Source: Phoronis australis
Lineage: Eukaryota; Animalia; Phoronida
DNA length: 64,000 nt
NCBI GenBank assembly: GCA_002633005.1
Contig: NMRA01000191.1
Coordinates: 488,466 to 552,465 of the forward strand
Direction of reading: 5' to 3'
Numbering within the stretch: position 1 is the stretch's first letter; every line of letters starts with the position of its first letter. Below are positions 12,688 to 25,661 of the stretch, piece by piece. The notes under the pieces are model-generated. The model made no database searches. It had not been told where the DNA came from and worked only from the letters and a program-made list of their open reading frames with translations. Made by a program: the position numbers and the translations under genes.

Positions 12688-13589
12688 CTACTTGTCCTTC
12701 TTGGAACTGCTCTCACTCGAGGACTCAGGTTTTCTAGCTCCTCGCAACTGAGCTCTCTTCACTTGTACCATTAATTCTCCACTGTAGTACACCCACATCA
12801 TCTGAAACAAGAAATGCCATCAAAACCAATCTAAAGTTAGTGTAACGCTTTTGCTCTAGCACATTGGTTTTCTTTGAAGCTAGAGGTCTGGTATCAATGC
12901 TAACAAAACGCCAACAGTTTTGGGAAAACTTGAAGTGTTAGCAAAAACTGAAATGACCTTTGCAACCATTCACATAACAGCCGTTTTTGGATACTAATAA
13001 TTAATGTCCAACGAGAACATAACAATTTTGTAATTTGACTTGAGCAATGATGCCGGATACAGATTATAATATTAATACAACACTGATTCAGTTGGTCAGA
13101 CAAACAATGTTTGCATTGTGCAACTTGCTTACAGCGTCACTTCAGATTTGCATAACTAGTATTTTTACTGAATTTTCACAAAAAATGTTGAAAACACTTT
13201 TCAGAGTAAGTGATGTGGCAAAGTGACATAAACCGACTTCTAGGCCATTCACCTTCAAAATGGAGAAAACAGTCTCACAAATAATGATAGTAAAGGAACA
13301 ATGGAGTGAGACAAATGGACAATGGTTTACAAGAAGAAATCTGTGCATCAACGACTTGGTTTGTCGGGAGCCTTGACAGTGCATGGCAATGGAGATCAAG
13401 GGGATATGAGGGTGTATTTGAGATAAACTTTACATCAAGGTTTTCAATTAGAAGATACGTGTGGGACATAATCAAATAGTGGAATGTTCACTTACCGCTA
13501 CTATCAAGCAGTTTAACAGTATCGGGGCAGATAGAACAGTAGATATAAAAAGACCTCGACTGTCAAAATACTGTTCACTTGAAAACATC
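12688..13589 (-). CDS. TMEM18: TMEM18 exons 4-5, second copy (partial; probably the alternative haplotype)
   Basis: Exons 13589-13496 and 12801-12688 encode the same peptides as 18784-18691 and 17743-17630. The three exon-5 differences (GTA/GTG, CGA/CGC, CCT/CCC) are all synonymous. Confidence 0.8.
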
Positions 13590-13719
13590 CTGAAACATAA
13601 AGACGGAGCATGCATACAGTTCCAATGAAAACCATGCAAACAGTAGATTTCGTAGCAGTCAAATTTCCAGTGTCTAGTACGACTGTTGCCATGGACAGCC
13701 AACTTTCACTTGAGTTAGT

Positions 13720-14641
13720 NNNNNNNNNNNNNNNNNNNNNNNNNNNNNNNNNNNNNNNNNNNNNNNNNNNNNNNNNNNNNNNNNNNNNNNNNNNNNNNNN
13801 NNNNNNNNNNNNNNNNNNNNNNNNNNNNNNNNNNNNNNNNNNNNNNNNNNNNNNNNNNNNNNNNNNNNNNNNNNNNNNNNNNNNNNNNNNNNNNNNNNNN
13901 NNNNNNNNNNNNNNNNNNNNNNNNNNNNNNNNNNNNNNNNNNNNNNNNNNNNNNNNNNNNNNNNNNNNNNNNNNNNNNNNNNNNNNNNNNNNNNNNNNNN
14001 NNNNNNNNNNNNNNNNNNNNNNNNNNNNNNNNNNNNNNNNNNNNNNNNNNNNNNNNNNNNNNNNNNNNNNNNNNNNNNNNNNNNNNNNNNNNNNNNNNNN
14101 NNNNNNNNNNNNNNNNNNNNNNNNNNNNNNNNNNNNNNNNNNNNNNNNNNNNNNNNNNNNNNNNNNNNNNNNNNNNNNNNNNNNNNNNNNNNNNNNNNNN
14201 NNNNNNNNNNNNNNNNNNNNNNNNNNNNNNNNNNNNNNNNNNNNNNNNNNNNNNNNNNNNNNNNNNNNNNNNNNNNNNNNNNNNNNNNNNNNNNNNNNNN
14301 NNNNNNNNNNNNNNNNNNNNNNNNNNNNNNNNNNNNNNNNNNNNNNNNNNNNNNNNNNNNNNNNNNNNNNNNNNNNNNNNNNNNNNNNNNNNNNNNNNNN
14401 NNNNNNNNNNNNNNNNNNNNNNNNNNNNNNNNNNNNNNNNNNNNNNNNNNNNNNNNNNNNNNNNNNNNNNNNNNNNNNNNNNNNNNNNNNNNNNNNNNNN
14501 NNNNNNNNNNNNNNNNNNNNNNNNNNNNNNNNNNNNNNNNNNNNNNNNNNNNNNNNNNNNNNNNNNNNNNNNNNNNNNNNNNNNNNNNNNNNNNNNNNNN
14601 NNNNNNNNNNNNNNNNNNNNNNNNNNNNNNNNNNNNNNNNN
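13720..14641. other. Assembly gap (N run)
   Basis: Run of N. Confidence 1.
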
Positions 14642-16339
14642 GGGGCTCGAATTTTTGAGAATGTGAACATTTTACTGAAAAACGGGGTACGTTCAGAGCT
14701 ATGAACGAATCCCTGCCTTTTTATAGTGGACTTTTGTCTTGTTTTCTATTTTTTCGGACTTTTTGTTTCTCTGGGGCGGACCTTTTTGCCCCATGTTTAT
14801 ACATTCAAAATTAAATTAGGCGTTCTAAGGTTTCCTACCGCTATGAAACAAATGAAAAAAATAGAATAAGCCAATAATAAGTAAAAGATACAAAAAAGGT
14901 CAAAAACCCAATGACGGAGTCGGACAGACAGGGATATTATACCGTCGCGATGATGACCACTGGCCTTGCCCACACAGTACCATCGGTGAAAGGAGGCGAA
15001 GATGGGTATGGCACTCGACTGCAATTTTGACGGAGTGTAAACTATAACATTAGAATGGACTCTACCCACTAACGTAGAGAAGTGGCTCAGAAAATTATAG
15101 ATTTGTGACGTAGGTGGTCGGTGGGACTGCACAACGCTAGATACCATCCGGAATGATGATTTCTTATTGATGCGATATTTGAAAAGTACACTTCTAAGGG
15201 ACGCTTCTAAAGCAAGAATGGGGAAATAAACACACAGTATGAACGAAACTGCGTCGTACCGACTCAGGTATACGCCCAAGCTCGACCCATTAACAATTTC
15301 GTGACGTCCTTTCGCCCAGTTACCGAGGAACAAGTCTATGCTCTGGTATTTTCGCGCTCTTTGAATAAGGTAACCATGGTAGTCCAAACTAAATTTTAGA
15401 AGAAAAAAGTCGAATTCGTCAAAGATAATATTCAGATAGAGCCACGCTGGTTCATTGTATCTAAATTACACTAGCGAAGCTGGCTCACAGTACAGGACTG
15501 GGAGCTAATGGCCAGAAAACACTAATCTGAAATAACGTAGAAAGTTTTTCCCAATTCACAAACTGTGATTCCATTGTAATCCTAACCAATAATCACAGTC
15601 CGGGTATGTTTCATGAAAAGTGACTACAAGTCAGACATTTTGACTCCACCATAACTATTTACGAAAAATAAGTAAATCTCACTTCAGCAAAAAATACAGT
15701 ATCCGAGAACATACACACAACTGTTGCAACTCTTGCCAGCAGACCATCTGTTGGCCATGTCACGTGGCCAAATGAATGTAAGCTAGGAGTGCAGGAAGAT
15801 TTCTTCCATATCCACGTGGACTAGAGCCCAGGACCTTCTGCTAACAGTACATATTCATATAAATACAAAACTGTTAGTTACTGACATAATTTCTATAATT
15901 TCTTTGACTTTGATGCGGTTATTACTTGGCTAAACATTTATTCCGCAATTGTGAAGTGCCAAATACTAACTCATAGTGCAGACTGAATGAATGTCTTGAC
16001 CACACACGTTTGTGAACATGTCAACAAATAACAACTAACATATTCTGAGTGGACATGGGGCATGACTATACCACCTCAGCCAATAACCATGATCATAATG
16101 GTGGTGCTATGTATACCGGTACTTTGACTATTCCAACAGCCGCTTCAAGAGAAAAAATAATACGACTGTTTAACCACAAATAGAGTAATAGTAACAATAC
16201 AAAAGGTAACATCTAGCATAGATTAACAGTACAAATATGATCATTTTCAAACATCACTATAGATTTATCTTTAGAGAACTCTGTCTTATATGTACACTAC
16301 ATTTTATTGTATTTCTCCAAATTGTATTACGTATCCTCT

Positions 16340-16441
16340 GCCCCCCCCTCCTCTGTCTCCCTCTACCCCCAACCCCCTCATCTGTCTCCCTCTACCCCCA
16401 ACCCCCTCTGTCCCTCTACCCTCCTCTTCTCCCTCTCTCTC
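16340..16441. repeat. CT-rich low-complexity repeat present in segment B only
   Basis: Repeated CTCTGTCTCCCTCTACCCC-like units. Segment A has only a short C tract at ~10830-10845. Confidence 0.8.
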
Positions 16442-17629
16442 ATAAAAATGAAAAGAGTAATTTAAATCATACATATGATCAATCATTACATCACAAGATT
16501 TCGTGGTTTCTTCACCACGAAACAAATTAAAACTACTCCGAAAAGAGACAAAAAAGAAAACTGTACTTCCAACTCATCTTAAATTAAAAGGTACCACAGA
16601 AAAAATGGTGCAAACCATCAAAACAAATTTCCAACAAAATAATTTACTTTGCAGAGCATGGGCGCACCCAGGGGTGGCTCGGATTTGTCGAATTGGGCAA
16701 AAAGGTCGGCCTCAGTGAAACAAAAAGTCCAAGTAAATGAGATAAAAGTCCACAAAGCCCACAGGAATTCATAGCGGATGAATAATTCGTAGGCCTGAAC
16801 CTAGTGGCCCCGTTTTTTTTTTAGTCCTCGCTTGATATTTTTCAGTAAAAGGTCCGCATGCTGAAAAATTTGAGCCCCCCAATATTTTAGGCTGGGTTCG
16901 CGCATGCAGAGAAAACCTGCCCATCTATTTCTGGTAACATTACAAGTCTTATGACACTCATCCATCCGAATCATTACAAAACCAAAAAATTCATACTGAC
17001 ATCAAATTAAAGAATTTTCAACAGCATTATTAAACATGATCAATGTTAATAACGATGTCGTGAGGCAGTCAAGGTACATTTCCCAGGTATTTACAATGAC
17101 CATTATAAAGTTTTCACACCAGGCAAATAATAGCAACAGCACCACGAGCTTGTCACACTAAAATTAAGATGGGAAGAATCACGCACACAAGAACTAAAAC
17201 TTCACTTTACCTGTATTGTAACAAAAGTACCGGTGCTTCCAATCGCTGATAATTTTAAAGGTATTTTTAACTTCCATCTAATTTTTAAGCTATTAAGTAA
17301 ATGCTCAAAATCTGTAAGATTTGAAAACCCATAAGTAGTGAGTTTTAATCCTTCAAAGTACATAGAATACAGATAAATCCATAACAGTTTGCATACCTGT
17401 GTATGATTCACGCCAAATTAGCAGATAATACGGTAAACAAGTTTTTCAATCTTCCCAACAAAAACATTAAAAAAATACACTTTTAAGTAAGTGTGGTGCG
17501 AACTATACAGCCGTCACATAACAATCTTAGTTAAGATAACGACTCTGATTATTTGCCCTTGGAAAATAGAAGAAAGCTTTGCCAATTCTCATAGGGGGCT
17601 TTTGATTGAATTGCCGAGCAGTAATGAGT

Positions 17630-20600
17630 CTACTTGTCCTTCTTGGAACTGCTCTCACTCGAGGACTCGGGTTTTCTAGCTCCGCGCAACTGAGCTCTCT
17701 TCACTTGCACCATTAATTCTCCACTGTAGTACACCCACATCATCTGAAACAAGAAATGCCATCAAACCCAACCTAAAGCCAGTGTAACGCTTTTACTCCA
17801 GCACATTTATTTCTTTGAAGCTAGAGGTCTGGTATCAATGCTAACAAAACGCCAACAGTTTTGGGAAAACTTGAAGTGTTAGCAATAACTGAAATGACTT
17901 TTGAAACCATTCACATAACAGCCGTTTTTGGATACTAATAATTAATGTCCAACGAGAACATAACAATTTTGTAATTTGACTTGAGCAATGATGCCGGATA
18001 CAGATTATAATATTAATACAACACTGATTCAGTTGGTCAGACAAACAATGTTTGCATTGTGCAACTTGCTTACAGCGTCACTTCAGATTTGCATAACTAT
18101 TATTTTTACTGAATTTTCACAAAAAATGTTGAAAACACTTTTCAGAGTAAGTGATGTGACAAAGTGACATAAACCGACTTCAAAGCCATTCACCTTCAAA
18201 ATGGGAAAAAACAGAGTCACAAATAATGAAACGATTTGGGAGTATACAGTGTGTTCCTGGTAGTAAAGAAGCAATTAATGGAGTGAGACAAACGGACACT
18301 TACGGTTCACATGAAAAAATTACATCTGTGGATCAATAATTTTGGCAATTATTTTTGTGTGAAGTAAGTGGAGTATTGAGTGAATTGAGACTACACCCAC
18401 CTTCAAAATGGGGAAAAACAGTCTCACAAATAATGATACGTTGTTCGCGAGAAGTCATTTGGGAGTATACAGTGTGTTCCTGGTAGTAAAGGAACAATGG
18501 AGTGAGACAAATGGACAATAGTTTACAAGAAGAAATCTGTGCATCAACAACTTGGTTTTTCGGGAGCCTTGACAGTGCATGGCAATGGATATCAAGGGGA
18601 TATGAGGGTGTATTTGAGATAAACTTTACATTAAGGTTTTTAATTAGAAGATACATGTGGTACATATCAAATAGTGGAATGTTCACTTACCGCTACTATC
18701 AAGCAGTTTAACAGTATCGGGGCAGATAGAACAGTAGATATAAAAAGACCTCGACTGTCAAAATACTGTTCACTTGAAAACATCCTGAAACATAAAAATG
18801 GTGCATGTATACAGTTCCAATGAAAACCATGCAAACAGTAGATTTTGTAGCAGTCAAATTTCCAGTGTCTAGTACGACTGTTGCCATGGACAGCCAACTT
18901 TCACTTGAGTTAGTTAGCTGAGCTCATGGTTCTCTGACTACGCTGCCTCTTATGCATTACTTCGACTTACTGAGCAAGTCACTATCAGTTTCACAGCAAA
19001 AACATAGGCATTCATATGCAATCACTTTTTGTGTGTAGCAGAAAACAACCAGGCATTTTCAATCACTGGGCAAGATTTTAAACCAAAAGTGGCAATAGTT
19101 GGACATAACGTGTCCGAATTTTGAGAACCAGTTTGATGCCCGTTATTCAGTGAAGAAAACTGGTTCTCAAAATTTTGGCACGTTATATCCAACCATTACC
19201 TCGAAAGCTGTTGAAACATGACCCGGACTATGTAGGCGGAACACATCACATTCACTGTTGGTTCACTCAGTTGTTAAGCAGACGTTTCACTGTTAACTAC
19301 AACAAACCCACCGTCTGTCAGGGTTACACACACTTACCATCTTAAATTGGTCTAAATTGTTCATTAGTCAAGTTATAAGTGACATCTGGGCTCACAAGAC
19401 ACTGACTGTTTGTTATTGGTTGACACCAAGGTGTACAAATTATTGTATGTACCAAACATGGTCTGAAACAATAATACCCCATCAGTTTTCTGCAGCCCCA
19501 GAAATAACTTCTCACAAGTCAGAAAAATGGAGACCAATTTTGTAATGATAGGCGGAATAAACCAGTGTTGGAACTGTGGGACTATGGCTGCTTAAACCAA
19601 GAAATGTGACTAATGAAAGAATCATTGTTTCTTCAGAACTCCTCCTGCCACTAATAAGTTGTAACGCAGAAACAATCTGATCTCAGGAATACGTACCTCC
19701 AATTCTTTGAAGCCCATTCATTGATAGATTCTGAGAAAAACACAATCAACACTGAAAATAAATGCAAAACACTCATTATTACACAATCAACGAAAAGTAA
19801 TGTAGTAGTCTGGAACACTGTAAACAATAAGCCTGATCAGCATGCCACCAGTGGCCACATGACGTTACCTAGTGAATAAGTCTGAAAAAATTTCTATTTC
19901 AACCAAGACTTATATTCATTAGGTCACGTGACATGGCCACAGGTGGCGTGCTGACCAGACTTAAAATTTTTGTTTGCGATATACATTTCTACACTGGTTT
20001 AAGAATAACATATTTATAGGCTTGAACAACTTCCACATTAGTGATGCTTCACCTCTTAGGCACACAATATGACATATCAATTTTGGATCCGCAATCAGAA
20101 TTTGAATTTGAGTCAGTTGAAGCTTGATACTGGACAGTTTAGAGGTGATTGCATCATGACAGATACATGATCGACCGAGAAAAACTGATTTTAGCTCAGG
20201 ACTTGAAATATAGCCCTTATTATGAAAGTACTTTGAATCTGTTCAGTTGATTTATATAAACATTAACTGCTTAAAAATAACACTTCCTCAAACCAGAAAA
20301 GTGAGGTTTTGAATAATTTATGATACTAGTCAACGTGTCCTTGTAAACTGTCTCCTTGCTTTCTTTAAGTTATAACTGCTCAATGGCTGAGATGTCTAAA
20401 GAGTACATAACAATTGTGATTTGACTTAAGCAATGATGCCGAATACAGACAATGACCTTAATACAACAGTAATTCAGTCAGTCAGACAATGCTTGCATTG
20501 TGTGACTTGCTTACAGCGTCACTTCTGATTTGCAGAACTATTAGTTTTACTGATTTAGTAAACAAAAAATGTTGAAAATACTTTTCAGTAAGTGATGTGC

Positions 20601-21628
20601 CAAACTGACATAAACCGACTTCAAAGCCATTCACCTTCAAAATGGGAAAAAACAGAGTCACAAATAATGAAACGATTTGGGAGTATACAGTGTGTTCCTG
20701 GTAGTAAAGAAGCAATTAATGGAGTGAGACAAACGGACACTTACGGTTCACATGAAAAAATTACATCTGTGGATCAATAATTTTGGCAATTATTTTTGTG
20801 TGAAGTAAGTGGAGTATTGAGTGAATTGAGACTACACCCACAATGCAACACTGCATCAATTTTAAGGAGCGGGTAAATCCATACAACTAGAGGGCTACTT
20901 ACACAGTGGGAAAAACACAAATGCCTGCATTGAGCCATGCTTACGCAGCACAATAATACTTGCAAAACAAGACAGATGGAAGAACACAAGGGCAATCAAC
21001 CATGGCTCTGACCAGTCAATCTGTAAATATAAAATGAGATTTGTAGCTGTTTTAAAGTACATATCCTGTATTTTGTTCAATCGTATAAGTTAAACTGAAA
21101 ATAAAACCAGTCCATAAACATTCTGCAATATAGTTATGGCAGTGGTAAGTATGTGATGTGGAGTGTGTTTACACCTCGGGTATTGGGGAATCTCACGGGC
21201 CACAACTTCAGTCTTCTCTTTACCTCAGGGCATAACTCTGATGCCAATTCAGTGATTCTGAGAGGCGTGTTCACTCAAGATGTTGACCTGCTAACTGATT
21301 ATATGATTTTGTTGTTATACACAGTCTGAACTCAGCGGCGAAGCAAAAAGAAGATTGGAGAGTAATAAGTGTGACCAGGGTCAGGTGCAGGGGCAGAGAC
21401 ATGGTGTCGTGACTTGACCAGCAATGGACAGTGCCCGAGTCAGGGCGCAGGGCCTGAGTGGCAGTGGCAGTGCTTGATGCCAGTGGTAATGGCCAAGCAC
21501 TGAAAATTATTGGCTACACTTGCCAATTTTTAAGCTTTTGATTTTGCGTCAATAATGCATCTTGAACTAACCGACGAAACATATGTCCATATTCCTGTAA
21601 TGCTCTGCGGATCAACAGGTTTCACCAT
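17630..21628 (-). CDS. TMEM18: Transmembrane protein 18, 145 aa, 5 coding exons
   Basis: Exons 21628-21572, 21020-20903, 19751-19697, 18784-18691 and 17743-17630, all GT-AG with consistent phases (438 nt). Protein: [38 protein letters not shown]...[70 protein letters not shown].... It matches the TMEM18 motifs DWTEPWL, EYINEAAAMNWR and QYFDSRGMFISIVFSAPLL. Confidence 0.95.
19091..19200. mobile_element. Palindromic MITE, same family as 3882-3991
   Basis: GGCAATAGTTGGACATAACGTG...CACGTTATATCCAACCATTACC hairpin in TMEM18 intron 3. TSD not preserved. Confidence 0.7.
20406..20840. repeat. Intronic segment of TMEM18 intron 2 duplicated in intron 4 (~17960-18400)
   Basis: Collinear match starting CATAACAATT...GACTT(G/A)AGCAATGATGCC. 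The distal ~230 bp is essentially identical between ~18170-18400 and ~20610-20840. Confidence 0.85.
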
Positions 21629-24600
21629 CCCAAGACCAAGTCACAAGCGGCAGACCAACGGAACAAGTTTACTTTCACTGCAATGAGATACGGACCGCGC
21701 AATCTTGATTCCTACGCTGAAACTTGTTTATCTCTGATTTGCAAGACAATCAGTTCATGTGGCCGATTGATTCATTTGAAAGACGTATCTTGAATGAAAA
21801 CAACAAATACCACAACTTGCGCAAGATTACACGGGTCAAATTGTGGAGCGTATAAATTGCTTCCGGTTTCAATTTACGGACTCGTTTCTGGTACCCGCGG
21901 TAGAAGTAGGATCTACTGTAAAACCTTATATATAAGACCACGGCCTTTTAGGGTGGCCATGCCGAGAACCTATGCAACGATTCCAAGTAGTAGTCGAATA
22001 CAAGTCTACAACTTTATATGGTTATATGTTTAATGTTATTTTTGTATTTGATAAAAAGTCTACTCGAAGTATCAAAGTTAACTGTAGGTGTAGCAAGTGT
22101 AATGGGAGCGCCGTCTATTGATAGAGTCGTGAGTTAACTGAGTCGAGTCGTCAGTCAAGACTGTTTAAGGGGGTTGTATACACTGGTCAAATTTTCAGGT
22201 TCCTATCGAAAATAATTAAAAAGGGAGTTTTAACTAATTAGACATGACTCTGAAAGTGATAAAAATGAAAAAAAAAGTTTTATTGAAGTTCGTTTTTTAA
22301 AATATCAAAAATCCAATTTACATCGACTTTTTCAAAACGCACTGTCATTATTATTAACTGTTTCCTTACGCAATATTTTACTTATCCATACCAAATATAT
22401 GTACAAAATCATTATAATCTTGATTTTGTGGCATTTTTTTGCGTGTGAGTTGTGGCAAGCACGCCACCTTCTGTCATATAGTCACTTTCCGTCTAATAAG
22501 TAACAATCTAGTAGATGTTTCAAAAAATCCTGGCACTTCAGATGTAGTGGATTTCAAATTTGCAAATTTCGTAAAAATTGACCCACGTGTTTCGGAAAAA
22601 TAGGCCCAAGAATCTTGTCACTACCCTGAAATCACGAGCCGAGAAAAAAGGCTTTTTCAGTGCGACGCCGCACATGGTCTGTAGGTGGTGCACCATGTAT
22701 CATATAAACCTATTTGTTAATATTCCAATATCATATGTAGTTACCGTCTCTTCATTAAGCAATATATGTGTTATATCAAATCACTGCGTTACTATCTTGG
22801 CGACGAGGATAAAGAACGACCTTCATCGTAATGGTTCATCATTTCCACGTTCCTGTACCGCCAACATTCTGGCCAAATGACTTTGGGATAAGAAAATAAC
22901 CCTTTCTGCGCAATATAGCGTCGCTTGGGTGCGATTCTCAAAAGTTACCATAGTTTCTTATCTTACTTTCTACTAAAATCGTATAATAATTCCATGAGTT
23001 TTAATTCAGGGATACGTTTGAATCGATGCACTAGATTGATTTTGTTATGTTAAACACTGGGTATTTCTCTAATTGTTTGAGGTATGGGAGGCGGCAAAAT
23101 CCGCTGAGTTTGGCAGCCTAGTTTCTCCCGCGATCAACGGTAAACACAACAGACTGAGTAGTTCAGATGATTGTTGTGAAAGTTCTTAGAGTTGCTTCCT
23201 GTTATTTCCTGTAGAATATTGAATCATAAAGTTTAGTGCATGCAACCCACATATTTGTAACTTGTATATGAATCCGTTCACTTGTCCTAGACTTGTCTAA
23301 TAAAGACAGTTCTCATCTAATTGCTACTGCCAGTTGCTTTACTATAGTGTAGTTGAGTGTTCCGCACTGGGCCCCAAAGTCGAGCCGCTTCAACCCAATT
23401 CGATGTTGTATTTTGAAGTTTTTGAAATGATTACCAACTGAACGAGTCATTATTACGGTTATCTGTACATGTTAGCCAGGTACTTTGCATCACACACAAC
23501 TCAGCCTGAGTACTATATATCGCCTTCGAGTGCATAACATCATTTTTTTCTTGATACCATTCATGAAAGCCAACAATAGGCACAGGATATCCTTTCAGTT
23601 GCACTGCTTTAAAAGCCTTAACTTCTGCACCAGTCCACTGCCTTGAATCAAGGAGTGTGTTCCTTGCTTGAAAACATGGGGCAACGCCAGAATAAAAAGA
23701 CATGGGTCTATATTTAGGGCTTTACCGTACTGTAAATCTACTACGGGTACCAGAGTATTTTGGTTCCGGGTAAAGAGTAACCTCTGACTCAGCGCCACCT
23801 ATACTATGAAAGGGTGTAGGTTATGAGCGGCTTCGCCGAAGCGTGGACTGCAGTAGTGGTTGCGAGTTTCTTGGTCAGATTGTCTAGAATTTATGTGCGT
23901 TACTGAAGCCGTCACATTCGTCTAAAGTGACAACGATCGTCGATTGACAGATTTGATCAAAAAGAATTGGTAATTATTGCGATTTCAGAGGTGGTGTCCA
24001 GTGGCTAAGAAAAACTTCGCCGCTGATTAGTGCTGCCTCCTGTGGCAATAACAGCACTTATTAATAATTTTTGTTGAATGAATAGCCAAGTCGTAAATGC
24101 CTGGGAAACTATTATTTTTGCTTAAAAGCACAGTGATTATTAGACAGAGAAAAAAAATCCAGAGTTCATTGGCTAACTCCTCTGAGAGCTTTTATTGTTG
24201 TTAACTGCACTAGACAGGAATATTGCCAAATAGTAAAAAGTAAGTAGTAAGTGCATTTTTTGCCAACACTAGGCATGTAGATTGGAAAAGGATTCTTTCT
24301 GTAGGCTTTCGAACTCTCAAAGGGAAGTCTTTTAAATTGGAAGAGCACCCTCTCATGGGGAATTTTATTGAAACAACACCCGTTTTTAGGGAAACTGGCC
24401 CTGAAGAAGTTGTTCATCTGTTAAAGTAGGTTGTCCCACACGTACTTCTTAGAAATGAAAGTACTCTACACTTGAGGACCCTGAGTTCACGCCCTTTATA
24501 TGTCTCTATGTTTCAGATTAACTTGGAATTTTTTTTTTCAGAACGCAATTTTCAAATTTTAGTATATTGCAAATCAATCTGAGATCTTTCAAAGTTTCAT

Positions 24601-25661
24601 TAACATTTTGCCTGTCTCTTTGCAAACAAAGTCAATTGCATGTAACTGTGCTGTAAATCATCACATTTGCAATAATAGTGCTGTGAAAATTGGTGGAAAT
24701 AATCTGATTTTTCAAGCAAATTTTTATAAGCCGGGAAAAACTTTTGCATTGGGACACGAATTTGCCAGTATTCAGAGTTTGCTGGATTAGATTATTTATG
24801 ACCTTCATGTTTTGTTGATTCTTTTAAAATTCTGATCGTCATCTGAATCATAAAACCATTGGTGCTGGCACATGCATTGTACTGCACTGTGTAGTGTCAG
24901 TGTCTGCCAATAGGGGTAACATAACTTTCCAGTAGTCATGAATCCATTGGGGAGTGGAATAAATCCTGTGTATTTTTTCCTTAAAATATTTATGGAATTT
25001 CAAAATTCAGGGGAATGTCATGAATCAGTGGCAGAAAAGCTGTTCTTGGTTAAAGAAGTATTTCTTTCCACGACCAAGAGACTTATTTTCCACTAAGTGC
25101 AAAAATTAAGGTTTACTTATAAAGGGATTTGTAATTACCAGTTTACACTGAATGAAACATCATCTTAGTGGAGTGCATCATTCCAAGCAATGGCGCTGAT
25201 GTATGGCTGTTTTACAACTACTTTAAGAGAGCCACTTTCTGATCAACGTGTCAATGATTAGCTCTTTAAGTCTAGTTTCAATGCTCCAAGTCAATATAGG
25301 CCTCACAAGCATTAAGCAGCAGAAAAGATCCATTTAAAATTATTGATGAAAGCCGAAAAGCATAGTTGATCCAGGTCTGTAACCTGACTCATTTTCAGAC
25401 TACTCAAAGGCACGTAAGCCAAGGTAAGCAAGCCTGCTGATTTGCTAAATTGAAACCGTGAGTAAAAAACAAAACAAATAGCGCATCATTTTTCCTCTTC
25501 TCAGGTGGATTTTCTATTTTAAAAGAGGTGAGTAACTGAAAAAATACTGCACCACGACCTCAGATTTTCAAAAAAAAAAAAAAATGATAACAATAATAAC
25601 CAAAACCTAGTATGCTTTTCTAGCCTAATACTGATTTTAATATTTGTCCTATAGAAAAAAA

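Larger units (their letters stand above)
8097..13719. repeat. Copy A of a 4-5.6 kb segment repeated on the other side of the N gap (copy B ~14642-18914)
   Basis: GGGGCTCGAATTTTTGAGAATGTGAAC starts both copies (8097 and 14642), and TCACTTGAGTTAGT ends both (13719 and ~18914). The copies are collinear with substitutions and several large indels. Confidence 0.95.

Noticed and set aside
13513-14704. Long ORFs of 364-385 aa in the ORF track
   Set aside because: They are translations through the N gap. The same applies to the ORFs at 44115-44931.
21150-21300. Possible H/ACA snoRNA in TMEM18 intron 1, and C/D-like boxes near 20095-20160
   Set aside because: Hairpins and boxes are imperfect and I could not find a convincing rRNA guide. 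An Infernal/Rfam scan would be needed.
17630-21660. Alternative reading of TMEM18 exons with in-frame TGA next to Cys (possible selenoprotein)
   Set aside because: It arose from skipping exons 2 and 4. The five-exon model gives an uninterrupted TMEM18.
22165-22700. TTAAGGGG start suggesting a Kolobok-like element
   Set aside because: No partner terminus found, so boundaries cannot be supported.
23043-23395. Possible solo LTR (TG start, AATAAA); similar pattern ending near 62057
   Set aside because: No matching TSD or second copy in the window.
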